From contig MU054122.1 of the NCBI GenBank assembly GCA_013239625.1, positions 124,001 to 149,606 of the forward strand: 25,606 bases of DNA, written 5' to 3'. Below, in pieces: positions 12,701 to 23,754 of this stretch. Every line of letters starts with the position of its first letter. Positions within the stretch are counted from its first letter, which is position 1. Made by a program: the position numbers and the translations under genes. The notes under the pieces were generated by a model. The model saw only the letters and a list, made by a program, of their open reading frames with translations. It was not told the origin of the DNA and made no database searches. The stretch comes from Lama guanicoe (Eukaryota).

Positions 12701-13534
12701 GATCAATAAAAAAATTCCTCCTCTTGTGTCTGGGGAAAAGCTGCATTGCCTCTGCAGCCGCGGTGGCCTCATCCAGCAGGGATGCATTAGCCATGTCCAT
12801 GCCTGTGATGTCACACACCATGGTCTGGTAAACTGGTAAACCATGGTCTGAGTAAACTCTCCAGTCTCCCCTGAGACACCTCTGGCTGGTATGGAGTTTA
12901 CTGGGTGATCCATCCTGAGTTCTCCAGGAAGTTCTGCAGAATTGTCTGTGGCACTGAGCAGTTACAACAGCCCAGGCCGATATACGACCTCCAGAACTGG
13001 TTCTTGCTGGGAATGGCATGCAGGGTTGCAAGGATTTCATTTTCAGACATTTTCAAGGGTCTTTTCAAGTGGATACTGGCAGGAACGCTCTTCAGCCCTA
13101 GGGCCTGTAGCATCTCCCTCTGGTCTTTGTCCCTGGGGCCAATAAGCCTCCAAGCGAAGTCATCGTGTCTGGGCAGGAGGCGCGCGAGAAGGTGCGAGGC
13201 CCCAGCCCCGCTGCCACTACTGCTGTCACGGCCCTGCGGCGCCCAAAGAGGCCCCGCACCTCCAGCCAAGTGGCGGCTGCCCCGGACTCCAAGCCCAGAC
13301 GCAGCCCCCAGGCCCTGGCGCACGTCTGCATGGCCATGGTCACGGTCCCCTGCCCGGGCCCACGAGGGTCAGCCACGCTTTCAGCCCCTCTTCTGGTCAC
13401 AGTCCCCTGGGTGGCAGCTGCCCCTAGGTGGCTGGAGTCTCTTCCTGCTGGAAAACCAGAGAGACAGATGGATCTTCGGGGCAATGAATGGGTGTGGCTC
13501 TGAGCCAGGACACCAGCGGAAAGTTGTTGCTCTG
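9762..13534 (-). pseudogene. GLDC: Full-length processed pseudogene of glycine decarboxylase (glycine cleavage P protein)
   Basis: Intronless GLDC homology from ATG at 13331 ([13 protein letters not shown]) through [18 protein letters not shown] to ...[12 protein letters not shown], with ~200 nt GC-rich 5'UTR and ~550 nt 3'UTR. AATAAA at 9784-9779, short poly(A) remnant, TSD present. Stops at 12900-12898 and 10617-10615. Frameshifts near 13292, 12840, 12368, 12252, 11777, 10957 and 10760. Ancestral stop changed to TCG (10314-10312). Confidence 0.97.
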
Positions 13535-13545
13535 TTATTATTTTT
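13535..13545 (+). repeat. Right target-site duplication of the GLDC retrocopy, followed by AA (L1 endonuclease TTTT/AA site)
   Basis: TTATTATTTTT/AAGG; the interrupted L1M sequence resumes immediately after it. Confidence 0.85.
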
Positions 13546-13629
13546 AAGGAATCAGCATCTATTTTCTAGAGTGGCCGCACCACTTTACATTCTCACCAGC
13601 AAGACACAGAGTTCCAAGTTCTCCACATC
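13535..13629 (-). mobile_element. L1MB-like element, right part continuing after the GLDC retrocopy
   Basis: TTTTTAAGGAATCAGC...GTGGCCGCACCACTTTACATTCTCACCAGC...TTCTCCACATC is the colinear continuation of the left part. Confidence 0.85.
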
Positions 13630-13698
13630 AGAATTGTTGTTTTTAAGAAGAAAAATACAAATTAAAATTTTGTGATATAATTTCTGGTCTTCTTTCTT

Positions 13699-13704
13699 TT
13701 TATT
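13699..13704 (-). terminator. Candidate proximal polyadenylation signal for TRDMT1
   Basis: AATAAA on the minus strand about 1.0 kb after the stop, followed by a U-rich tract (TTTTAATTTGTATTTTTCTTC). Usage cannot be seen from sequence. Confidence 0.35.
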
Positions 13705-14719
13705 TCTCTTTGTCACTTGTTTTTATCACTGAAATCAAAACTACAGGATTTATGATACAAGACTTAGTCTGATTAGAACCCCAATTCCAAGTCTACAGAC
13801 AGGGAGGGACAGAGAAACTTAAGTCATAAAAGTTAATTCATAGACTAGTCATATGAAATAGGGTCAGAGGGCAGAGTTTCCTCCCTAAAATTTTAATGCT
13901 TTACTATAGTCCTTAAAATGTGATGGCAAATTCAACTTACAACAAGAAGCTGAGAAGGAAGACAGAAGCAAGCTCTGAAAACAGCAAACCAAAGGCAAGC
14001 ATGTACAAACAAAGAAGGAGTTTTGCCTTTCAGATGGAAATAGAATTAAAGATAATTAGGAAATGTGCACCTACATTTTCTGTGGCTTACTGATGGAGAG
14101 GTAATGAAGAATTTAGGCTTATTTTTTTCCTAACATTTTCTTCAGATGACTGTATAAGGTGAATGATGATAATTTGGTTTAAAATATTCTACGTATTTGG
14201 TTTAGATAAAATAAAGGAATGTTAAAAATCAAAATTAAAATAAAACTTTCAACATTTGAAAGGCTAGAATTACAATCATCATTTTAGAAATAGGAAGAAT
14301 CATTTTTAAAAAGTAAAACAATAGGATTCATAAAGCGACTTCTTTAATTAATATGCACAAATACACAATTTCTCAGGTTCATATGCCTGTTATGATGCTT
14401 TATAAAATATTCAGACATTAAAATTCTGAAGTGCCTAAATTTGTCTATACCATACTATAAAGAGAATATTTTACATATATTTAATTATTTCATATAAAAA
14501 TATATTCTCCTAAAGCATAACAATAATTTTCACCTTACAAAACACAGCAATATAAATAAGGAAACAAACTGGCATTTTTCTGATAAATCTCAATTTCATA
14601 TCAAAGAGAGATTAAGATAAGTTAATTGAATTTTGTCCAAATTAATTCAAAATAGAATTTCAAAATTACCATCTGGATATGATGGAATACTGTGACCATC
14701 TTTCAGAGTTATTTAAAAA

Positions 14720-14820
14720 TTACTCATATAGGATTTTGATTAGTTTAGCTACTACATGCACGTTGAGACTATTTCCAAGTAGACGATAACGCTGTTTGAC
14801 TGTAATCTTCTCAGGAAATC
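14720..14820 (-). CDS. TRDMT1: TRDMT1 terminal coding exon (exon 11 equivalent) with stop codon
   Basis: GA+FPEKITVKQRYRLLGNSLNVHVVAKLIKILYE-TAA (motif X); TCTTTTCTAG acceptor at 14822-14821; stop at 14722-14720. Confidence 0.97.
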
Positions 14821-15144
14821 CTAGAAAAGAAAGATTACAATTTATTATACATTTGTAATCTTAAGTACCAGAAATAAAAGGATGTATTCTTTAGTAAAAG
14901 CACAGTGGTTATTTATATAAGTAAGTCCTTAAGGACTCCATGAAGTTCAATTAATAAATGAGAATTTGAAGCCAAAAGTATTACATAACATTGCATTGTT
15001 TACACAATGTGATATTATCACATCAAATATTATATTATGCTCGGTACACAAACATGTGACACACATAGCATCCACAGAACTAATACAAATCTGGACATTA
15101 GTGGACTTTAGGAAAAGCAGTGGCTACCATTATTTCAGTTATTT

Positions 15145-15305
15145 TCTTTCATTTGATAACAGCATTAAGGAGACAGAATTCATACACTATAAATTTCACC
15201 TTTTTAAAGTATACAATTGAATGTTTCTTTAGTATAGTCACAGAATTTTGCATACATCTCTACTATTTAATTACAGAACATTTTCATCACCTCAAAAAGA
15301 AAGCC
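15145..15305 (-). mobile_element. L1MB-like 3' end, left part (TRDMT1 last intron)
   Basis: AATTCATACACTATAAATTTCACCTTTTTAAAGTATACAATT...AACATTTTCATCACCTCAAAAAGAAA. Confidence 0.8.
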
Positions 15306-17588
15306 AGCCCACAGCTAACATCACACTCAATGGTGGCAAGCTGAAAATTTTCCTCTAAGTTCGGGAACAAGACAAAGATACCCATTCTTGATACTTTTAT
15401 TTCAACATAGTATAAGAAATCCTAGCCACAGCAAACATTAGGAAAAAAAAAAAAAAAAGAAAAAGGAATTCAAATTGGAAAGGAAGAAGTAAAACTATCA
15501 CTGCCTGCAGATGACATATTATATATAGAAAACCCTAAAGACATCATCAAAACATGATTAGAACAAATGAATTCAGTAAAGTTGCAGTATACAAAATCAA
15601 TATACAGAAATCTGCTGTTTCTATACATTAATAACAAACTATCAGAAAGAGAAAATAAGAAAGTAATCTCATTAACAATCACATCAAAAAAAATTAAGAT
15701 ACCTAAGAATAAATTTAATGAAGGAAGCAAAATACTTGTACACTAAAGGCTATAAGATATTGATGAAAAAAATTAACAAAACACAAATAAAGATACTTCA
15801 TGATCATAAATTAGAGAATATTGTTAAGCAATCTACAGATTTAATGTAATTCCTACCAAAATTCCAATGGCATTTTTTACAGAAATTGAATTCACAATCC
15901 CAAAATTCATATGGAATCACAAAAGACCTCAAATAGCCAAAGCAATCTTGAGAAAGAAGAACAAAGCTGAAGGCATCATGCTCCCTGACTTCAAACTATA
16001 TTACAAAGCTACAGTAATCAAAACACTGTGACACTGGCATAAAAAGACACATAGATCAATGGACCAGGATAGAGAGCCCAGAAATAAACCCATGCATATA
16101 TGGTCAATTAATTTATGATGAGGGAGCCAAGAATATACAATGGGGAAAGGATAGTCTCTTCAATAAATGGTGTTAGGAAAATTGAGACAGCCACATGCAA
16201 AATAATGAAACTGGACCACTGTTTTAACACCATGCATAAAAATTAAGTCATAATGAATTAAACACTTGAATATTAGACCTGAAACCATAAAACTCCTGGA
16301 AGAAAACACAGGTGGTAAATCTCTTGACATGAATCTTGTCCATAAATTTTTGGATCTGATTCCAAAAGCAAAGGCAACAAAAATAAACAAGTGGGACTAT
16401 ATCAAACTAAAAAGCTTCCGCACAGCAAAGGAGATAATCAACAAAATGAAAAGGCAATCTACTGAATGGGAGAAAATATCTGCAAATCATATAACTGGTA
16501 AGGATTAATACCCAATATATATAAAGAACTCATAAAACTCAATAGCAAAACAATAAACAATCAGAGTAAAAAACGGGCAGAGGACCTGAATAAACATTTT
16601 TTCAAAGAAGACAGATAGATGGACAACAGGCACATGAAAAGATGTTCAACATCACTAATCATCAGGAAAATGTAAATTAAAATCACAATGGGATATTACT
16701 TCACATTTTTAGAATGGCTATTAACCTAAGACAAGAAATAACAGGTGCTGGTGAGGATGTGGAGAAAAGGGAACGCTTGTGCACTGTTGGTGAGAATTTA
16801 AATTGGTGCAGCCACAATGGAAGACAGTATGGAGGTTCCTCAAAAAATTAAAAGTAAAACTATCATATGATCCAGTAATTCCAATCTTCATATTTATCCA
16901 ATGAAAACAAAAACACTAATTCAAAAAGATACGCAAATGCCCATGTTCATCGCAGCACTATATACAACAGAGAGACTTGGAAACAACCTGAGTCCACTGA
17001 TAGATGAATGGATAAAGAAAATGTGGTGTCTACATACTAAGAAATACTACTAAGCCATTAAAAAAGAATGAAATCTTGTCATTTGTAAGAAGCTTGAGGG
17101 CATTTTGGTAAGTGAAATCAGAGAAAGACAAATACTGTATGATCTCACTTACATGTGGAATCTGAAAACCAAAGCAAGCAAGCAAGCAAGCAAACAACAA
17201 CAAAAAACCCTAGCTCATAGGTAGAGAGAACAGACTGGTGGTTGCGGGGGCCAGGGAGCAGGGGACAAATGGGTGAAATGGGCCAAAAGGTACAAAATTC
17301 CAGTGATAATATAAATAAGTCCTGGGGATTTAACGTAGAGCATGGTGACTACAGTTAGTAATACTGTGTTGTCTGTTCGAAAATTGCTAAGAAAGATCTT
17401 AAAAGTCTCCATCATAAGAAAAAGAAATCTCTAATTATGTATGGTAATAGATGTTAACTAGATTTATTGCAGTGGGTGATCATTTTTCAATGTGTAAAAA
17501 TACTGAATCATTATGTTGTAATGTTGTATACCTGGAATGAATACAATGTTACATGTTGAAGATATATACTTCCATAGAAAAGTTTTTT
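15306..17588 (+). mobile_element. 5'-truncated LINE-1 (ORF2 C-terminal half plus 3'UTR, L1MA-like), disrupted
   Basis: ORF2 homology (ORF 16266..16508 NIRPETIKLLEEN...KINKWDYIKLKSF; GCAGATGACAT RT motif region), 3'UTR, degenerate TSD AAAAAGAAAGCC / AAAAAGAATGCT. Confidence 0.93.
17172..17200 (+). repeat. (GCAA)n/(CAA)n microsatellite within the L1 3'UTR
   Basis: aagcaagcaagcaagcaagcaaacaacaa. Confidence 0.85.
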
Positions 17589-18335
17589 AAAAAGAATGCT
17601 GGTACCCATTAGCAGTTACTCTCCATTTCCCCTCCTTCAACTACTAATCTACTTTCTGTTCCATGGATTTACCTATTCCAAGCATTTCATATAAATGGAA
17701 CCATACAATATGTCTTTTGTTTCTGGCTTCTTTCATTTAGTGTTTTCAACGTTTATTCATGTATAACATGCACCAATAGTCCAGTCCTCTCAATGTCAGA
17801 ATAATATTCTATCATATAGATATACCACATTTTATTTATCCATTCATTCATGGATAGACATTTGGGTTTTTCTACTTTTTAATTATTACATGACGGTTAG
17901 GAACATGTACATATATCTGTACATGTTAAATTTTTGTGTGGACATATATTTTCAATTCTCTTGGATATAAACCTAGGGGTGTAACTGCTGGATAATTACA
18001 GTCACTCTATGTCTAACATTTCAGGAACTGTCAGGATGTTTTTTAAGGCTGCTGCACCATTATATATTCCCACTAGCAACACACAAGGGATCTGATTTCT
18101 CCACATCTTTTCAACACTGTTATTGTTTGTCTTTTTGTGAAATAGTGTCTTATTGTGGTTTTGATTTACATTTCCCTAATAATTAATGATGCTGAACATC
18201 TTTTCATGTGCTTATTGGCCATTTGTCTTTTTTGGAGAAATGTCTATTAAAATCTTTTGCCCATTTTTAATTGGACTATTTTTCTTTTTATTGTTGAGTC
18301 ATAAGAGTTCTTTATATATTCTGGATACAAGGCCT
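17589..18335 (-). mobile_element. L1MB-like element, right part
   Basis: GTACCCATTAGCAGTTACTC...ATGATGCTGAACATCTTTTCATGTGCTTATTGGCCATTTG...ATATTCTGGATACAAG. Confidence 0.85.
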
Positions 18336-19554
18336 TCAAGGTTGCTTTTTTATACTCTGCTCCCACAAATTGACTTCCTCATAGTGGAGAGATTTGTTAC
18401 ATTTTTTTTTTTCAAAACAAAAATGTCCCACAGATACTACATTTGCTGGAACCAAACCTTGCACATAACACCATAAAAGACTGTCCATACATAACAGGGT
18501 CACTATAATGTTAATTATAATATCAGAATGTCACATTCAGTGTCCTTTGGCATAGCAATTAAATAAAGGAAAAGAAAATCAGATAATAAAATAAAGAAAG
18601 ATCATTAAAAACAGCAAAATTTCACATAGCAAAATTTCAAACCTTGATAAAGTTGCTTTATCAACACTTGACATGATACTGCAATAAAATAAGTGATTAC
18701 CATAATAAAACCATATTTGCAACTGAGCATGATCATAAAATTGCTATTATAAAGATAATGTCTTAGGCAAGCACATTAGTCATCTCAAAAACTATTTACT
18801 TCAAAGTAGCCAGAGGTAGAAATACATCTACAAACAAACTTTCAGAATATCCCAGGGGTGGTCTTTTGTGATATTAAGATTATATCAGAAGAGAAGAAAT
18901 GTTTGAAAACAATAAGTCAGATTTGTAAAAACTATATATAGTGTGTGTGCATTTTACATACAGATGTTAAAATCCACATCCACTTACATAAATTTACATA
19001 CATTTTTAAAGTTCAAAGGTGACTTTTTCAAAACTTAGGTACACTGAAAATAATAATAATCCTCAAAAACAAAGAAAGCTAGAATTAACGAGGTCAGGAC
19101 AGCAGCTTTCATTCAGTAAGCGTAGATTAGTGTTCCCTTCTCCCAAAGCCCGCTCATGCCACTAGCCACAAAGAGAATCGGGACAAAATGTGCCATGGAT
19201 CAATGCAAATCCATCACTGCCGGTAGACAAGCAGCTCAAAAAATGCCCATTTAGGACCCAGGGTCGATGATGTCAGAGGCACACGTGAAGGACAGTTCTG
19301 TCAGCCCTGCTCAGTGGTGACAATAGGACAAGCCTGACTACAAATATACCACATATTTTAAAGAAAGATTAAGCAATTAAACAGGCTTTCTCATGTCTTT
19401 TATACATATATTCTCAGAGAGCTTTGAAAAAAATCCTATTTTGCCCTTGAGATACTTTTATTAAATACTGAGAAAAAATATTTATGAAGTAAAGGTTATA
19501 AAAGCAAATAAATACCTATCATTTAAAACATAAAAGCTGATGCAAATTTTATAT

Positions 19555-19727
19555 TATGCGTCTCTGTGTAAACATTTTACATATGTGAACTCACTTCACT
19601 GTCACAACAACCCTGTGAAGTCAGTACTGTAATTATCCCCACTTTACAGATGTATAAACTAAGGCAGAGAATGGATAAGCCGGGCCTAGGATTCAAACTC
19701 AGTTAGTCTGACTCTGGGATTTGTGCT
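19555..19727 (-). mobile_element. MIR SINE
   Basis: CACAACAACCCTGTGAAG...TTATCCCCACTTTACAGATG...GGATTCAAACTCAG...TCTGACTC core. Confidence 0.85.
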
Positions 19728-20928
19728 AAATTTCAGTATTACCAAAGTGACTAGTACTACCAGAAAAAATAAGCACTCAAATAAAACTTAGAAACTAGTT
19801 GTTATTAGACAGTAAATCTCTTTTCTCTCTTTAGTACTGTGGAAAGTACTTTTGATTTGCTCATTTTAAAAAAGGAAAAAAGAGTAACCAGGACAGTAGA
19901 ATGGGAATTAAATTCCTGAGAGCAATTCTCAGCTCTTTTTATTTGTTTGATGATGTTCTCACTCACTGTGACATAAACTAAAACAAGGAAAGTCTGTGTT
20001 TTCCTTAAATAACACTCCCTGGGATATTTGGAACTGAATGAGATCATCAAGAAAAAGGCAGAAAGTACAAAATAAACCTGGTTGCTGTGACTACGCACGG
20101 AGAGTCCATTACCAAGAGGGTAGTCAAATTCTACTGACAATTTGTTCCCAATGTACAAAAAGATGCATTCCAAAATCTCATCTCTAAATCCATTATTTAG
20201 AATTTAAAACCTGATCTATATGATCACAATATGTTCTTCAAGAATAATACTTTATTTTATTATAAGAACATTAGATTTAGCACAGCAAAGTTTCACTTTT
20301 CTGCATTCAAGCTCCCAATCAGTTATCAAAAACACATTTCCTCCTTGAGGAGCCCTGGAGGCAGGTTAGGGAGGTCCACCTTTCTCCCTTCCCACAGCCA
20401 GGTGCTAGGGGCACACTCACCCCCCCCCAGGAAAAGGATGGCACCCACAGAGCAGGAGCGCCGACGCCAAGCAAGTGGGGTCAGGGAGGGTGGGGCGCTT
20501 GAAGAAGCAAAGGGCCATGTCCAGGGTCTTAACAGCAACAATCCCTGGATTTCCTGGACCACGAAAGGCGTTAGGACTTTGTCTTTATCACTCTACACCC
20601 CATCTTCATTTTTCTTTTGGGGATTCCCTCCTTCAGATCCCCTAATCTCTTGTCACTCTGGCATCTGAGTCACCCTTACTTTCCACCAGGAAAGCTGCTT
20701 CCTAGACTACCTCTCCACTTGGTCTCTCCTCCACTCAAACTTCTTCGGGAAGGACGAAGGTGCAGGATTGTAAAAAATGTCCCTCCGATGAGAAGGAATA
20801 CAAGTACATCCCCCAACACACACAAAAATTCCTCCACTGCCTTTTAATTTCTTCATTAAATAAAAGACCATCCTAGGCAGTCTCAGAAGATCTAGTGTGG
20901 GGCTATAAGAATAGGACCCCAAGAAAAA

Positions 20929-20949
20929 AATAATAATAATAATAATAAT
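20929..20949 (+). repeat. (AAT)7 microsatellite
   Basis: aataataataataataataat. Confidence 0.85.
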
Positions 20950-21241
20950 TTGGAGAGAGATGCTATTAACAAGAACCTGTGGGGACACATGAGGAATTGC
21001 TGATTGGGCCCTTCTGTCCCTGCAAAGCACTTGGAATCAGTACTGGAGCAAAAGGGGAGGGAGAATTGAGTCTGAAGGGAACGGTCTAAGGCAGGTGACG
21101 AACACAAGCAGAGACAGAAGGGAAGGAAAATGTCAAAAACAGCACTATCAGGAAGGGAAGTTTTCTTACATCCATCACAATCCTAGTGAATTTTTAGGTC
21201 TTTAATAAGTAAAAGCTGGGATCCGCATGTAACCCACATAC

Positions 21242-21371
21242 CGAACTCTGGAGGAAATCCATGGAGATTTGCTATTTCTTTAGGAGTGAAGAATCGAAGT
21301 TTGAGCGTTAACAATTTTGTTATCTTTTCTTCTTGTGACAAACTGGTAAGTGATTTGTAGACATTCTCAAT
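21242..21371 (-). CDS. TRDMT1: TRDMT1 coding exon (exon 10 equivalent)
   Basis: IENVYKSLTSLSQEEKITKLLTLKLRFFTPKEIANLHGFPPEF+G (C5-MTase motif IX); TTACAG acceptor, GTATGT donor; 130 nt, phase 0 to 1. Confidence 0.97.
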
Positions 21372-22447
21372 CTGTAAGAAAGCATCCAAGATGACTGATC
21401 AAGTAGAGGGCAGCTACATTTGTTAAGATACCATCATCTATTGTGAGACAGTTTAAAAATGGTGGATGTGCAGTCTGCTGTAACACACGGAATCACAGGG
21501 CAAAACGTCTCTGTGCAGTGAACTGTATAACTGGCTCAGACTGCCAACGTAAGCTTTGAAAATGAACAAAAACTTCATGTGGAACAGATCTGGATACTTT
21601 CAGTGTATCTGTCCTCAAAAATTAACTCATAAGAATATAAATATTAATATTAATAATTGACATTAATGACAATAAATGACATTAATAAATGACAATATAA
21701 CATAACAGAAATATAGTGAAAACTACAAAAAAAAAGAAACTTGCTCAACCAATAAGTCAACTTTATAATGTGAACAAGTAGCCAATAAATGTTTATTGTT
21801 TATGACCAATTTTATCTAAGTGTTTTCTTTAAATGATAAAAAATATTTAGTAAATATAATTTCTCAAATCCAGACATTCATTTGCCTCTGATAGGGTTTT
21901 TTACCGTGGGTAAATTTTATTAATAGTAAGAGTTTAAATCAATATAAAAGATAATGTGACTTCACTTCAAAATTATTCAGAAGTATATAAAACCTGCAAT
22001 ATATGAAGCTTGTCTTCTATCATACTACAAAAAAAAAAGAATTTGCAATTGAAGTATTAATAAAAGGCCTTGCTAAAATTTAGATTTTTTTCCCTAAAAG
22101 GCATTTTTATAGTATGTGCTCCAAAAGAAGGCTCCAATAAGAAGATACTTGTGCGTAAATTCAGCAAATATTCACTATTATACTCTGCATTTCAAATTAC
22201 TCTTTATGGACTAAAAAGGAATACAAAAGGTAAGATATAGAAAGAAGTAAAAACAAAGTATTTTTTGGACATATAGTCATATCTAGCAATAAGAAAAGAT
22301 TTAGTCTATAGTAAATAATTATTATATACATATATTCACGCCAATTGAACATGTAAGATTACCTCAACATTCTCAAATGTTAAGTATTAGGCAAAGTGTT
22401 ATTTAAAATAATTTTCAGATATTTTAGTTCTGAAGCATGCACAGTAC

Positions 22448-22505
22448 CTGCACATCCTCTGTAGTCTGTAACACAGATCCTGTCCCTTCTACGTAGCGTC
22501 CGTAA
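22448..22505 (-). CDS. TRDMT1: TRDMT1 coding exon (exon 9 equivalent)
   Basis: T+YGRYVEGTGSVLQTTEDVQ; TTTTTCAG acceptor, GTACTG donor; 58 nt, phase 2 to 0, in frame with both neighbours. Not in the ORF track. Confidence 0.96.
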
Positions 22506-23180
22506 CTGAAAAATTAACATGAATCTTTTCATCTAATTGCTAATGCTAGATTTCTTAAATATTTCATGACTGAACTAATCCATTTTACAAAGTTATATTC
22601 TTCTGAAATATTCTGAATAATACCTCATAAATATGCTTTGTGATTAAAAAATTACTAGGTGAAAGACAGAAGATCATTCTATTTAAACTTCTCAGACACT
22701 AAGCTTGGCATAGTTTTTTGTTGTGTAAATACAATTTTGCATTATGTAGTATTGTCATTTATTCATATTAAATGTCATTTTTAAAATATTCATCACTAGA
22801 AAGTAAGCACTTGTTATGACTTTACATCTAAATGCTATTCAATACTGGCAGCCCTGCAACATTACACTGAATGTTATGTAGGTGAAAATAAAATTTTTTT
22901 TTTTTAAATAATGCCTGAACCATCATTTCTTCTCACAAACCCAAGACCCTACTCTCCAGTAGCATGACACACTCAGGCCCATCAAACATGCACCTGCCTC
23001 TTACTGTGACACAGTATGTTTTGACTTTTTATCATACAACAACCTGACTATGGGGAAAAAACTATTAAAAATATAAAACACTACAGAAATGCAACGTATT
23101 ACTAATATTTCTTTCCCTAAGACCATTGCCAAGATGGCTGTTTGACATTTTATTTTTTCCCTAATACATGAATTTAAAAC

Positions 23181-23224
23181 ATAAATTAGATATAAAATAT
23201 AAATTAGATATAAACTATAATTAG
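23181..23224 (+). repeat. AT-rich ~18-bp tandem duplication
   Basis: ataaattagatataaa-at-ataaattagatataaa-ct-ataattag. Confidence 0.75.
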
Positions 23225-23754
23225 AGGAAAAAAGTCATATCACAGAAAAACAGTTTTCACATATATCACATGTATGTGTGTGTGTTTATATTATCTACAC
23301 TAAAATAGACTTTGACAATGAGGCTTCTTTTATACCATCTTTATAATTACGAAAGAATTTCAAGGTTGCTTTTTATTACAAAACTGATAAGTTCTGTTTT
23401 ATGAGAGTCCTAAACAGAACCTATCAGACTCGGAAACAGACAGCAGCTGAGTGAAGTCTTTTAAGGTAATGGAGAGCAATATGCCCATTCCCCTGGAAAC
23501 ACAAGGGCAGAGTGTGATACAACCCGAATGAGTCTGGTACGCTCACATCAGGGACATGGTGCCTGGCGCAAGACAACCAGCTAGCAGGTAGAGAGAGAAG
23601 GCGCGAATTCTTCAATCATACCACTACCTGTCCAATGAGCTTGAGTGGCACTAGAAAAGCAGAGAGAGGGCTCTTTTACATACTTTTCTCAAAGTGTCTA
23701 ACTTCCCCCTTCTTTCTAGGTTTTAAAAAAAGTTGAAAAACACATGAACACTTG

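Larger units (their letters stand above)
556..14188 (-). pseudogene. Putative vestigial multi-exon gene (unitary pseudogene), tentatively GREB1-like uncharacterised protein family
   Basis: Exon-like segments with AG/GT boundaries at 14188-14091, 13974-13941, 9065-8810, 8445-~7543, 6963-6902, 6490-6423, 1870-1377, 1299-1154, 844-724 and 682-556. Several junctions are phase-compatible, with scattered stops and frameshifts. Confidence 0.6.

Noticed and set aside
12905..13675. 256-aa plus-strand ORF
   Set aside because: Antisense shadow of the GC-rich GLDC 5' region running into L1 sequence; no independent gene signals.
20231..20668. 145-aa plus-strand ORF in a GC-richer intronic patch
   Set aside because: No recognisable homology or exon structure; length explained by base composition.
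21260..21265. His in TRDMT1 motif IX (IANLHGFP) as a damaging change
   Set aside because: This position varies among DNMT2 homologues; frame and all splice sites are intact.
21640..21705. Repeated TGACA(T)TAAT units resembling an array
   Set aside because: Short AT-rich slippage repeat with no spacer structure; not CRISPR-like.
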